Positions 1 through 7,580 of a stretch of 20,000 nt of DNA are shown here, piece by piece. The stretch spans positions 52,258-72,257 of the forward strand of contig CAZNUA010000013.1 in the NCBI GenBank assembly GCA_964576115.1. Direction: 5' to 3'. Position 1 is the stretch's first letter, and each line of letters starts with the position of its first letter. The position numbers were made by a program, and so were the translations under genes. The notes under the pieces were generated by a model. It was not told the DNA's origin and did no database searches. It saw only the letters and a program-made list of their open reading frames with translations. Source of the stretch: an uncultured Gemmatimonadota bacterium. Lineage in GTDB: Bacteria > Blakebacterota > Blakebacteria > Blakebacterales > Blakebacteraceae.

Positions 1-276
1 GAGGTCAGAGCGCTGGTCGTGGTCGGAGGGCTCGTTCCCCGCGAGTGGCCGCCGAGCGAGGAGAGAGTCAGCGAACTCGCCGTCAGGATGGCATTGCCCG
101 AAACAACCTTGAGGCGTACAATCGACCAGGTACATCGCCTCGAAGAGGCAGGAACCGCCTACTTATTGCCCTTCAGTCGCCGGCTGGGTGACATCCTCGA
201 ACATATCGTGGCCGAGCGGGTGGAGATCGTCGACCGGATGGAGAGCATCGCTGAATTGACTCATCTGGACACGTAG
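1..276 (+). CDS. 3' end of a probable transcriptional regulator (PocR ligand-binding domain type), truncated by the window edge
   Basis: Frame 1 is open from base 1 to TAG 274-276 (EVRALVVVGGLVPREWPPSEERVSELA...LLPFSRRLGDILEHIVAERVEIVDRMESIAELT). The GGxxPxxWPP motif and helical tail resemble my recollection of the C-termini of HTH+PocR regulators found upstream of sqr clusters. It lies 46 bp upstream of sqr on the same strand. Confidence 0.5.
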   Translation, partial: EVRALVVVGGLVPREWPPSEERVSELAVRMALPETTLRRTIDQVHRLEEAGTAYLLPFSRRLGDILEHIVAERVEIVDRMESIAELTHLDT

Positions 277-322
277 ACAGGCATCTGCTCAACAGTATCC
301 CCAACATGATAAAGAGGCTGTC

Positions 323-1558
323 ATGAAGAAACTGCTGATCCTCGGCGGTGGAACCGCCGGTACCATGGTCGCCAACCGGCTGGGCCGCGAACTCGATCCC
401 GACGCCTGGCAGATCACCATCGTGGATTCCGATCCGGTCCATTACTACCAGCCGGGTTTCGTTTTCGTTCCGTTCGGGATCTACAAGAAACGCCAGGATG
501 TCATCAAGCCGCGCCAGGGACTGTTCGATCCCAACGTGCGTTTTATCCTCTCGGATATAGAGTTGATCGAACCTGACTCCCGGCAGGTCCGGCTCGCGAA
601 AAACGATCTGGTCCTGACCTACGATTTCCTGGTCATCGCGACCGGAACCCACATGCATCCCGAAGAGACTCCGGGTCTGCTCGGCGATGAATGGCACCGC
701 AGTATTTTCGATTTCTACACCCCCGAGGGAGCTTTCGCGCTGGCCCAGAAGCTGCGTACCTGGGAGGGGGGACGGCTGGTTCTGAACATCGCCGACACAC
801 CGATCAAGTGTCCGGTCGCTCCGCTGGAATTCCTCTTTCTGGCTGACTGGTTTCTGCACGAACAGGGTATCCGCGACAAGGTCGAGATCGCTTTTGCCAC
901 ACCTCTGCCCGGCGCCTTCACCAAGCCGCGCGCCTCGGCCTTTCTCGCCGACCTGCTCGAGGAGCGCCGGATCGAGGTGGTGCCCGAGTTCCTGATCGAG
1001 GAAGCCGATTCAGAGAAGAAGATGATCCGCTCCTTCGATGGCCGGGAGGTGCCCTTCGACCTGCTCGTGACCGTTCCGCTCAACATGGGAGCGGAAGTGA
1101 TCGAACGCTCCGACATGGGCGATGACCTCAATTACGTGCCGACCGAAAAGCATACTCTGCGGCACAAGACCTTCGAGAATATTTTCGTGCTCGGCGACGC
1201 CACCGATCTGCCGACCTCGAAGGCCGGCTCGGTGGCTCACTTCCAGTCCGATGTTTTCGTCGAGAACTTCCTGCGTTACATCGACGGCCTCGAACTGCTC
1301 GAGACCTTCGACGGTCACTCCAACTGCTACATCGAGACCGGTTACGGCAAGGGCACCCTGATCGATTTCAACTACGATGTCGAACCCCTGCCGGGCCGCT
1401 TTCCCCTGCCCGGTCTGGGACCCTTCAGCCTGCTCGAGGAATCCCGGGTCGATCACTGGGGCAAACTGATGTTCCGCTGGATCTACTGGCACCTGCTTCT
1501 CAAGGGTACCGAACTCCCCATCCCGGTCCGGATGAGTATGGCCGGCAAGCGGGCCTGA
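323..1558 (+). CDS. sqr: Sulfide:quinone oxidoreductase (type III/SqrC-like FAD-dependent pyridine nucleotide-disulfide oxidoreductase)
   Basis: N-terminal FAD motif LILGGGTAG, HYYQPG, YDFLVIATG, catalytic Cys motif IKCPVAPLEF, FVLGDATDLPTSKAGSVAH, second Cys in FDGHSNCYIETG and aromatic C-terminal helix WGKLMFRWIYW. AGAGG RBS upstream; 411 aa. Confidence 0.9.
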   Translation: MKKLLILGGGTAGTMVANRLGRELDPDAWQITIVDSDPVHYYQPGFVFVPFGIYKKRQDVIKPRQGLFDPNVRFILSDIELIEPDSRQVRLAKNDLVLTYDFLVIATGTHMHPEETPGLLGDEWHRSIFDFYTPEGAFALAQKLRTWEGGRLVLNIADTPIKCPVAPLEFLFLADWFLHEQGIRDKVEIAFATPLPGAFTKPRASAFLADLLEERRIEVVPEFLIEEADSEKKMIRSFDGREVPFDLLVTVPLNMGAEVIERSDMGDDLNYVPTEKHTLRHKTFENIFVLGDATDLPTSKAGSVAHFQSDVFVENFLRYIDGLELLETFDGHSNCYIETGYGKGTLIDFNYDVEPLPGRFPLPGLGPFSLLEESRVDHWGKLMFRWIYWHLLLKGTELPIPVRMSMAGKRA

Positions 1559-1571
1559 AAGGGGGACGATC

Positions 1572-2312
1572 ATGGTGACCGGAACAACCGAAGAGAGCCT
1601 GAAACAGATCCAGATTCAGCTGGCTCGCCTGACCGAGCAGATCGAATACCTGCACGCCGAATCCCGCCGCGATGCCGAGCGCTGGGAGACAGTCGAAGAT
1701 CTGGCCGCCGATCTCAAACTGGTCGGTCAGGCCGCTTTCGAGGGGGCGGTCGAAGAACTCGCCGCTCTCGATCCGCATACCACCTTTGCCGATGCAACCC
1801 GGCTTCTGCGCCGGCTCGTCGAGAACGCCGATAACCTCGACTGGACCCTGCAGCAGCTCGAAAGCGTACGAGATTTCACCCGCGATGCAGCCCCGATCGC
1901 GACCTTCGCTTTCGAGACCCTGACCGAACGGCTCGAGGAACTCGATGAGCAGGGAGTCCTGGAATTCGTGAAGGAAGCCTGGCGCATCATGCAGATCATC
2001 CTCACCAGCTTCACCCCCGAGGATGTCCGTCTGCTGGGCGACAACATCGTTCTGATCCTGAACACGGTGAAGGAGATGACCCAACCCGAGATGATGCGGA
2101 TGATGCACAACCTGACCAGTGCCTGGCGTGAGGCCGAGGCCGCGCCCGAGGCCCTGAAGACAGGAACCCTGGCACTTCTCAGGCAGATGAGAGATCCGCA
2201 GGTCCGGCGCGGACTGGCTGTGACCATGCAGATGCTCAAGACGGTGGCGGGTAATCGGGAGCTTGCCGCCGAGGTGGAGCAGAGAACCGATTCCTCACCG
2301 AATGGTGAATGA
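1572..2312 (+). CDS. DUF1641 domain-containing protein (helical SQR-associated protein)
   Basis: All-helical 246-aa protein with C-terminal GTLALLRQMRDPQVRRGL, the typical DUF1641 signature (xxLLxxLxDPDVRRGL). It lies 13 bp after sqr, the usual DUF1641 context. Confidence 0.8.
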   Translation: MVTGTTEESLKQIQIQLARLTEQIEYLHAESRRDAERWETVEDLAADLKLVGQAAFEGAVEELAALDPHTTFADATRLLRRLVENADNLDWTLQQLESVRDFTRDAAPIATFAFETLTERLEELDEQGVLEFVKEAWRIMQIILTSFTPEDVRLLGDNIVLILNTVKEMTQPEMMRMMHNLTSAWREAEAAPEALKTGTLALLRQMRDPQVRRGLAVTMQMLKTVAGNRELAAEVEQRTDSSPNGE

Positions 2313-2328
2313 CGAGGAGACTGAGACA

Positions 2329-2643
2329 ATGGCAAACCTGCAGATCGACACGCGAACACTCGAACTCGACGAGGACCGCTTTCTGATCAACCCCGAGGAG
2401 TGGGATCGAGAGGTGGCTGCCGCTCTGGCTGAAGAGGACGACATCGTCCTGACCGATCGGCACTGGGAAGTCATCGAGTTCGTTCGTTCCTACCACGCCG
2501 AGAAGGGGGAATCCCCGACCCTGCGCAAGATCACCAAAGTGGGTGGGATCCCGACCAAGGAACTCTATCAGCTCTTCCCCGGCGGTCCCGGCAAGAAAGT
2601 CGCCCGCATTTCGGGTACGCCGAAGCCCGAGGGCTGTGTGTGA
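2329..2643 (+). CDS. tusE: TusE/DsrC/DsvC family sulfur relay protein (single C-terminal Cys, TusE type)
   Basis: LDEDRFLINPEEWDREVA, LTDRHWEVIEFVR, LYQLFPGGP and C-terminal ISGTPKPEGCV. Start moved from 2263 to ATG 2329, which follows GAGGAG at 2314-2319; 104 aa. Confidence 0.9.
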   Translation: MANLQIDTRTLELDEDRFLINPEEWDREVAAALAEEDDIVLTDRHWEVIEFVRSYHAEKGESPTLRKITKVGGIPTKELYQLFPGGPGKKVARISGTPKPEGCV

Positions 2644-2713
2644 AAACCGGTGAATCCGGTGAGGATGGCATGGAAAACGGATCCGATGAGGATCTGCACA
2701 ACGGGAGGAAAAC

Positions 2714-3187
2714 ATGGGTGAGAACAACGGCCCCCGAAAGCTCGCCATTATCTGTTCCAAGGGAACCCTCGATATGGCGTACCCCGGTCTGGTGCTGGCC
2801 AACGCCGCCCGTCAGGCCGGAATCGAGGCCTTTATCTTCTTCACCTTCTGGGGCATGGACATCATTACGAAAAAGAAGATGAACCGGCTCAAGGTCACCC
2901 CGGTCGGCAATCCCGCCATGGGTATGCCGAACCTGGTGGGGATGCTCCCCGGGATGACCCCGATGGCGACGGCGATGATGAAGAAGAAGATCGACGACAT
3001 CGACATTCCGCCGGTCGATGAATTCCTCGATATGATCCACGATGCCGGCGCGAAACTCTATGCCTGCCGCATGGCGGCCGACATGATGGGGCTCGAAGAA
3101 ACCGACCTCATCCCGCAGATCGAGGGCATCATCAGCGCCATGGACTTTATGGACCTCTCCGAGGACGCGCAGACGATTTTCATCTAG
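2714..3187 (+). CDS. dsrE: DsrE/DsrF/DsrH-like (DsrE2-type) sulfurtransferase family protein
   Basis: KLAIICSKGTLDMAYPGLVLA, IFFTFWG, KLYACRMAADMM and C-terminal QTIFI. RBS GGGAGG at 2703-2708. Confidence 0.85.
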   Translation: MGENNGPRKLAIICSKGTLDMAYPGLVLANAARQAGIEAFIFFTFWGMDIITKKKMNRLKVTPVGNPAMGMPNLVGMLPGMTPMATAMMKKKIDDIDIPPVDEFLDMIHDAGAKLYACRMAADMMGLEETDLIPQIEGIISAMDFMDLSEDAQTIFI

Positions 3188-3357
3188 CCTGTCGGAGTAA
3201 CCGGTGATCGTGAGGTTTGTGCTGGCGCCGGCCGACAAGGCGACTGAGCCGGAGGCCCGGAAACGTCGTCACTGTGCTATGTTGAGGACATCCGGTGAAA
3301 GTCAACGTGTCGGCCGGATGCAAGCGTGGACCGTAGCCGGTGGATTACTCCGACAGG
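3188..3357. mobile_element. 170-bp MITE-like element / long hairpin with 13-bp perfect terminal inverted repeats
   Basis: CCTGTCGGAGTAA (3188-3200) / TTACTCCGACAGG (3345-3357); inner perfect stem CCGGCCGACA (3228-3237) / TGTCGGCCGG (3308-3317); further pairs GACT/AGTC and CCGGA/TCCGG. It begins immediately after CTAG, which contains the dsrE stop codon. Confidence 0.6.
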
Positions 3358-3430
3358 ACTCCCAGGAACCGATTACTCCTGAACCGATCGTCGGGCACGG
3401 CCGGTATCCCCCCGGCGGGAGTCCCGTGAG

Positions 3431-3455
3431 CATTATAGTATCATAATGACATTAT
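3431..3455. promoter_or_regulatory. AT-rich palindromic hexamer array (candidate operator/promoter) upstream of the OM barrel gene
   Basis: CATTAT-agtatc-ATAATG-a-CATTAT forms two overlapping inverted repeats in an AT-rich island about 90 bp before ATG 3542. Confidence 0.45.
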
Positions 3456-3541
3456 ATAGGTCCCCTAGGGAAACCTTTCCACTTCCTCTACGTTGTATAG
3501 CGGGACAACCCGACCTTCGAATCGTGAGAGGAGTTCTGCCG

Positions 3542-4198
3542 ATGAAGATCCCCGGTCGCATTGCCCTCGGGCTGCTCTGCCTGCTCCTGAGCGTGCCTGC
3601 TCTTCAGGCCCAGGAGCAGAGCCAGTTCTCGCTGGCTCTCGGCGGCGCCTACAACCTTCCCCTGGGTGTGTTTTCAGAGACCGACGGGGCCATTTACTCC
3701 TGCCCCGAAACGGGTTTTGCCACCGATGGTTCCACCTGGCAGGTCAAAGGTTACTTCCATATGAGCGACAAACTGGCCCTCTACGGGTACTATGCCAAAC
3801 CCCGGTTCAATGTCGACAACGCCGCGGTCGAGGCACAGCTGCTCGAACAGGGCAACCCCTGGTCGTACGAGGCGGAATACAACCTGACGGTCATCGGTTT
3901 CGGCGCCCGGCTTACACCGCTCCGGATCGCCATGGTCGCGCCGTACGTGCAGGCCGGTCTGGCCCAGTACACGACCGAGATCGTCCAGCGGGTTGCCGAC
4001 ACCGAGGAAATCATGAAATCCGACGGCGCCAATGCGGTCAATTTCGGTGCCGGCGTGCAGGCCTGGATCGGCCCGGTGGGAGTCGATCTCGGGGCCGTCT
4101 ATCACTCCGCTCCGCTCGTCATCGAAGGCCATGAGTGGGACTACGAGACAAGCTGGCTCGAGATCGGACTCTCCCTGTTCTATACCTTCGGCGGTTGA
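3542..4198 (+). CDS. Outer membrane beta-barrel protein (OmpA/OmpW-like 8-stranded type)
   Basis: Signal peptide MKIPGRIALGLLCLLLSVPALQA, alternating beta-strand patterns (VIGFGARLT, PYVQAGLA, NFGAGVQAW, GVDLGAVYH) and C-terminal IGLSLFYTF. ATG 3542 follows GAGGAG at 3528-3533, so it is preferred over 3446. Confidence 0.75.
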   Translation: MKIPGRIALGLLCLLLSVPALQAQEQSQFSLALGGAYNLPLGVFSETDGAIYSCPETGFATDGSTWQVKGYFHMSDKLALYGYYAKPRFNVDNAAVEAQLLEQGNPWSYEAEYNLTVIGFGARLTPLRIAMVAPYVQAGLAQYTTEIVQRVADTEEIMKSDGANAVNFGAGVQAWIGPVGVDLGAVYHSAPLVIEGHEWDYETSWLEIGLSLFYTFGG

Positions 4199-4236
4199 GA
4201 CCGGTTCGTAGTCCCTTCGGCGGCTGAAACCGGTTC
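4185..4236 (+). repeat. 23-bp imperfect direct repeat duplicating the barrel gene 3' end
   Basis: CCTTCGGCGGTTGAGACCGGTTC (4185-4207) vs CCTTCGGCGGCTGAAACCGGTTC (4214-4236); 21/23 identical. Confidence 0.8.
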
Positions 4237-4239
4237 TCA
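4196..4239. terminator. Hairpin between convergent genes (possible bidirectional terminator)
   Basis: TGAGACCGGTT...AACCGGTTCTCA outer stem with one bulge, inner TAGTC/GGCTG pairing and a cTTCGg tetraloop. There is no U-tract. Confidence 0.35.
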
Positions 4240-6903
4240 GTCGCTCTTGAGAGTATCCACGGGGTCGACCCGGGTGGCCCGCCGGGTCGGCACCCAGCAG
4301 GCCGCCGTCGCCACCACCAGGAGCAGGGCCGCCACCGCTGCGAACGTGAGCGAATCGGTCGGCTCGATCCCGAAGAGCAGACCGCTCATGACCCGGGATA
4401 GAAACAGCGCCGCGATCAGTCCGAGCCCCAGGCCGATCCCGGCCAGCTGCAGGCCCTCCCACATGAAGAGCCCGACGATACCCGACGGTCCGGCCCCCAG
4501 GGCCATGCGGATGCCGATCTCGTGATGGCGCTGGATCACTGCCCGGGAGAGCACTCCGTAGATCCCGACCGCGGCCAGGACCAGGGCGATCCCGGCATAG
4601 AGGCTGAACAGGGTCATGGGAAATCGGCGGGCGGTGATCGATCGCTCCAGACCCGTGTCGAGGGGGCGGAAACTGAAGGCCGCTTCGGAGGTGTGCGAAC
4701 CGACCAGGTCTCGGACCGCTGAGGCGGCGGCGAGCGGATCGTCGCCGGTGCGGATGACGAAGGTCCCGTACGGCCAGGTCTGCTGGGTGCAGGGGACGTA
4801 CATGCAGGGCAGGGGTGCGGCGTCGAGATCGGAATCGGCCACGTCCCCCACGATCCCGATGATCTCCATCTCGGTCGGATCCAGGGAGGTAATATCCACT
4901 TCGGGGTGGATGTGCTGACCGATCGGATCGGAATCGGGCCACCACATCCGGGCCGCGGTCTGGTTGATCAGGATCACGCCGGGTGTCTCCCGGCTTTCAT
5001 CACCTGTGAACATCCGCCCCCGTATCAGAGGGATCCGCAGGGTTTCGAAGTACGACGGGGTGACCGAGTAGTAGAGGGTGCTCGGCCGCTCGCCCGACGG
5101 AATCTCATCCTGGCCGGCTTTCAGGAAGGTCGTGCGGAAGCCTCGCTCCAGGGGGATGTGCGAGCCCGCTCCCGCCGCCCGGATGCCGGGCAGGGCGGCG
5201 ATCTGTTCGGACATCGAGAGGTAGAATTCCCCCCGGCGGATGACGTGATAATCCTGCCAGCGCTGCGACATCGAGAAAGTGAGTACGTTCTTGGGATCGA
5301 ACCCGGGATCAACCTCCATCATGTTCCGGAAACTCCGGATCAGCAGGCCGGCGCCGATCAGCAGGATCAGCGCCAGGCCGGTCTCGAGCACGATCAGGCC
5401 CCGCCGAGCCAGCCGCTGAACCGGGGCGCTGGTGTGCCGGCCGGCATCGCTCAGGGCGCTCGAGAGGTTCACCCGGGCGAACTGCCAGGCCGGGAGCGAC
5501 CCGAAGATGAGACCGGTGGCGACCGCGATACCGAGCGAGAAGATCAGGACGGGAGTGTTGACGGCGATCTCCCCCAGACGGGGGAAGTCGGCCGGGATCA
5601 GAACGGTCAGGATCCGGGTTCCCCACCAGGCCAGCACGATGCCGAGGACGCCACCGAGCAGGCCGTAGAGGATGCTCTCGGTCAGGACCTGCCGGACGAG
5701 GGCGCTGCGACCGGCTCCCAGTGAAGCCCGTACTGCCAGTTCGCCCCTCCGCCCGCTCCGGCTCAGGAGCAGGTTGGCTACGTTGGTGCAGGCGATCAGC
5801 AAAACCAGCAGGGTCGCCCCGCCGAGCAGGAAGAGCAGGGTGCGCACCCGGCTCGATGTCTGAGAGTGCAGGCTCACGAGGTTGAAACCATGCTCGGTAT
5901 TCGTTTCGGGGAACTCCGCGGTGAGCTGTTCGGCGATTGCCTCCATGTGGGTCTGCGCGGTGGCCAGGTCGATTCCCTCGTTCAGGCGGCCGACGGCGAG
6001 CAGGACCGGCCATTCCCGGTGCTGGCGTTCGTTCTGTTCCCGGGCGGTGGCTGTCCAGACTTCGGCGCCGGCGACAGCGACGGGGAAATCGAATTCGGGG
6101 GGCAGGATCCCGATCACGGCATGAGTGATTCCGTCGAGTTCGACGGTCCGTCCGATCGCATCGGGATCGGCTTGCAGGTAACGTTGCCAGAAGCCATGAG
6201 AGACAACGACCACGTCGGCCGCTCCGGCCACGTCGTCTTCTGCGGTCAAGAGGCGTCCCCGGGCGGCCGGAACGCCGAGGATTCGGAAGAACTCGGCGTC
6301 GGCCCGGCCGCCGTGAATGCGCTCGGGCAGGTCGATTCCGGTCAGGGTGTGCCGGGTCGGGTGGAAACCGCCGATGCCTGCGAATACCCGGTTCTGCGCC
6401 CGCCACTCCTCCAGGTTGGGATAGGAACAGGCACCCTCGGTCATGTTGCGCGTGCGGAAGGTTTCCCAGACCATGACCAGACGGTCGGGATCACCGAAGG
6501 GCAGGGGTTTGAGGATGACGGGGTGCAGTACGCTGAAGATCGAGGTCGTGGCCCCGATGCCCAGAGCCAGGCAGGTGATGACCACGAAGGTGTGACCCGG
6601 CCGGCGGGCCATGCCGCGCAGGCCGATCCGGACATCTCTGGTCAGGGTGGAGAAGAAGCGGCCGATGCCCTCGCTGCGCAGGCGTTTTTCCCCCAGGTCC
6701 CGGCATCCATCGCGGGCCTTTTCGGCATCGCCGAACTGCGCCCGGGCCCGGGCCCGGGCTTCATCTTCGGACAGACCTTCGGCCATGAGCCGGTCGGTGA
6801 GTTCCTCGAGGTGAAAGAGGAACTCCTCGCTGATGTTTTCCTCCAGGTGGCGGTGGTTCTCCTCCCGCCGGAAGAGACGTTTCCATCCAGGTGCAGGCGT
6901 CAT
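4237..6903 (-). CDS. ADOP-family duplicated ABC permease (MacB_PCD/FtsX x2) with N-terminal permease prefix domain
   Basis: N-terminal EEFLFHLEELTDRLMAEGLSEDEARARARAQFG, LALGIGATTSIFS, LLIACTNVANLLL, ELAVRASLGAGR, EIGIRMALGA and C-terminal PTRRATRVDPVDTLKSD; 888 aa. ATGA overlap with the upstream PadR gene. Confidence 0.92.
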   Translation of the reverse strand: MTPAPGWKRLFRREENHRHLEENISEEFLFHLEELTDRLMAEGLSEDEARARARAQFGDAEKARDGCRDLGEKRLRSEGIGRFFSTLTRDVRIGLRGMARRPGHTFVVITCLALGIGATTSIFSVLHPVILKPLPFGDPDRLVMVWETFRTRNMTEGACSYPNLEEWRAQNRVFAGIGGFHPTRHTLTGIDLPERIHGGRADAEFFRILGVPAARGRLLTAEDDVAGAADVVVVSHGFWQRYLQADPDAIGRTVELDGITHAVIGILPPEFDFPVAVAGAEVWTATAREQNERQHREWPVLLAVGRLNEGIDLATAQTHMEAIAEQLTAEFPETNTEHGFNLVSLHSQTSSRVRTLLFLLGGATLLVLLIACTNVANLLLSRSGRRGELAVRASLGAGRSALVRQVLTESILYGLLGGVLGIVLAWWGTRILTVLIPADFPRLGEIAVNTPVLIFSLGIAVATGLIFGSLPAWQFARVNLSSALSDAGRHTSAPVQRLARRGLIVLETGLALILLIGAGLLIRSFRNMMEVDPGFDPKNVLTFSMSQRWQDYHVIRRGEFYLSMSEQIAALPGIRAAGAGSHIPLERGFRTTFLKAGQDEIPSGERPSTLYYSVTPSYFETLRIPLIRGRMFTGDESRETPGVILINQTAARMWWPDSDPIGQHIHPEVDITSLDPTEMEIIGIVGDVADSDLDAAPLPCMYVPCTQQTWPYGTFVIRTGDDPLAAASAVRDLVGSHTSEAAFSFRPLDTGLERSITARRFPMTLFSLYAGIALVLAAVGIYGVLSRAVIQRHHEIGIRMALGAGPSGIVGLFMWEGLQLAGIGLGLGLIAALFLSRVMSGLLFGIEPTDSLTFAAVAALLLVVATAACWVPTRRATRVDPVDTLKSD

Positions 6904-7262
6904 GAGCTGGTTCCCTTTTCATCTCCCCAGGAGATCTCGAGAACTTTGCAGACGGCGCCGGCATGATGTTTCCAGGCTTCAACGGCCCGGGCGAGTTCCT
7001 TCCGGCCGGCGGGGGTCAGGTCGTAGAATTTGGCCCGGCGCCGCTTCTCCGAGATCTGCCACTCGCTGGTGAGAAGGCCCTCCTTCTGGAGTCGATGCAG
7101 GGCGGGGTAGAGGGCGGCATCTTCGACCTGGAGGTAGTCGTCGCTGCGCTGCCTGATCTCATCGAGGATGGCCAGGCCGTGCAGGGGACCGTGGGAACTG
7201 ATGATCTTGAGGATCAGCAGGTCGACTGTCCCGTAGAGGTGGCGGGCCATGATGCGGGGCAT
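6900..7262 (-). CDS. PadR family transcriptional regulator (acidobacterial ADOP-associated type)
   Basis: GTVDLLILKII, HGLAI, LQVEDAALYPALHRL, SEKRRRAKFYDLTPAGRKEL. AAGGAG RBS lies 6 nt before ATG 7262. Confidence 0.92.
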   Translation of the reverse strand: MPRIMARHLYGTVDLLILKIISSHGPLHGLAILDEIRQRSDDYLQVEDAALYPALHRLQKEGLLTSEWQISEKRRRAKFYDLTPAGRKELARAVEAWKHHAGAVCKVLEISWGDEKGTSS

Positions 7263-7277
7263 CCGGGGCTCCTTTTA

Positions 7278-7305
7278 CCTAAGATATTTATATCAATTGT
7301 TTAGG
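7278..7305. promoter_or_regulatory. Imperfect 28-bp AT-rich palindrome, candidate PadR-1 operator
   Basis: CCTAAGATATTTAT|ATCAATTGTTTAGG has 10/14 symmetric positions and sits just upstream of the PadR RBS. Confidence 0.5.
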
Positions 7306-7488
7306 CATACGTGCTTTCCCGATCGATGTTCCCGGGGATGACGAGTTTTTCCTGACGGGAGAAATTGTGTCGTAGCAGAGCCCATTGTACATCAGGTGAT
7401 ACCGCTCGGGAGACTGCCGGGAGGGAGCGGGATGATTCGGGGTTGTCACGTCCGGGTCGGCACGGGATACTCGATGCGGTTTGAAGAT

Positions 7489-7521
7489 TGTGACATGGCA
7501 TGACCTGTGACACGGTATGAC
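7489..7521 (+). repeat. 16-bp tandem direct repeat upstream of the DUF1846 gene (candidate regulator site)
   Basis: TGTGACATGGCATGAC (7489-7504) and TGTGACACGGTATGAC (7506-7521); 14/16 identical, 17-bp period. Confidence 0.55.
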
Positions 7522-7580
7522 TACAAAAGCATCACGGAAAGAGCGTCAGGGCACAGCACGACGGGCAGAGGAGACAGGTC

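Noticed and set aside
2329-2643. True DsrC as evidence for dissimilatory sulfate reduction
   Set aside because: The second conserved Cys is absent and there are no dsrAB or dsrMK genes in the window.
3343-3388. Short repeats GATTACTCC x2 and GAACCGAT x2 at the right end of the fold-back element
   Set aside because: At 8-9 bp they are too short to call independently; they may be a partial duplication of the element end.
3204-3541. ORF 3204-3446 and the 3446 start of the barrel gene
   Set aside because: The first runs through the fold-back element, and the second starts within the AT-rich palindrome and would bury the signal peptide.
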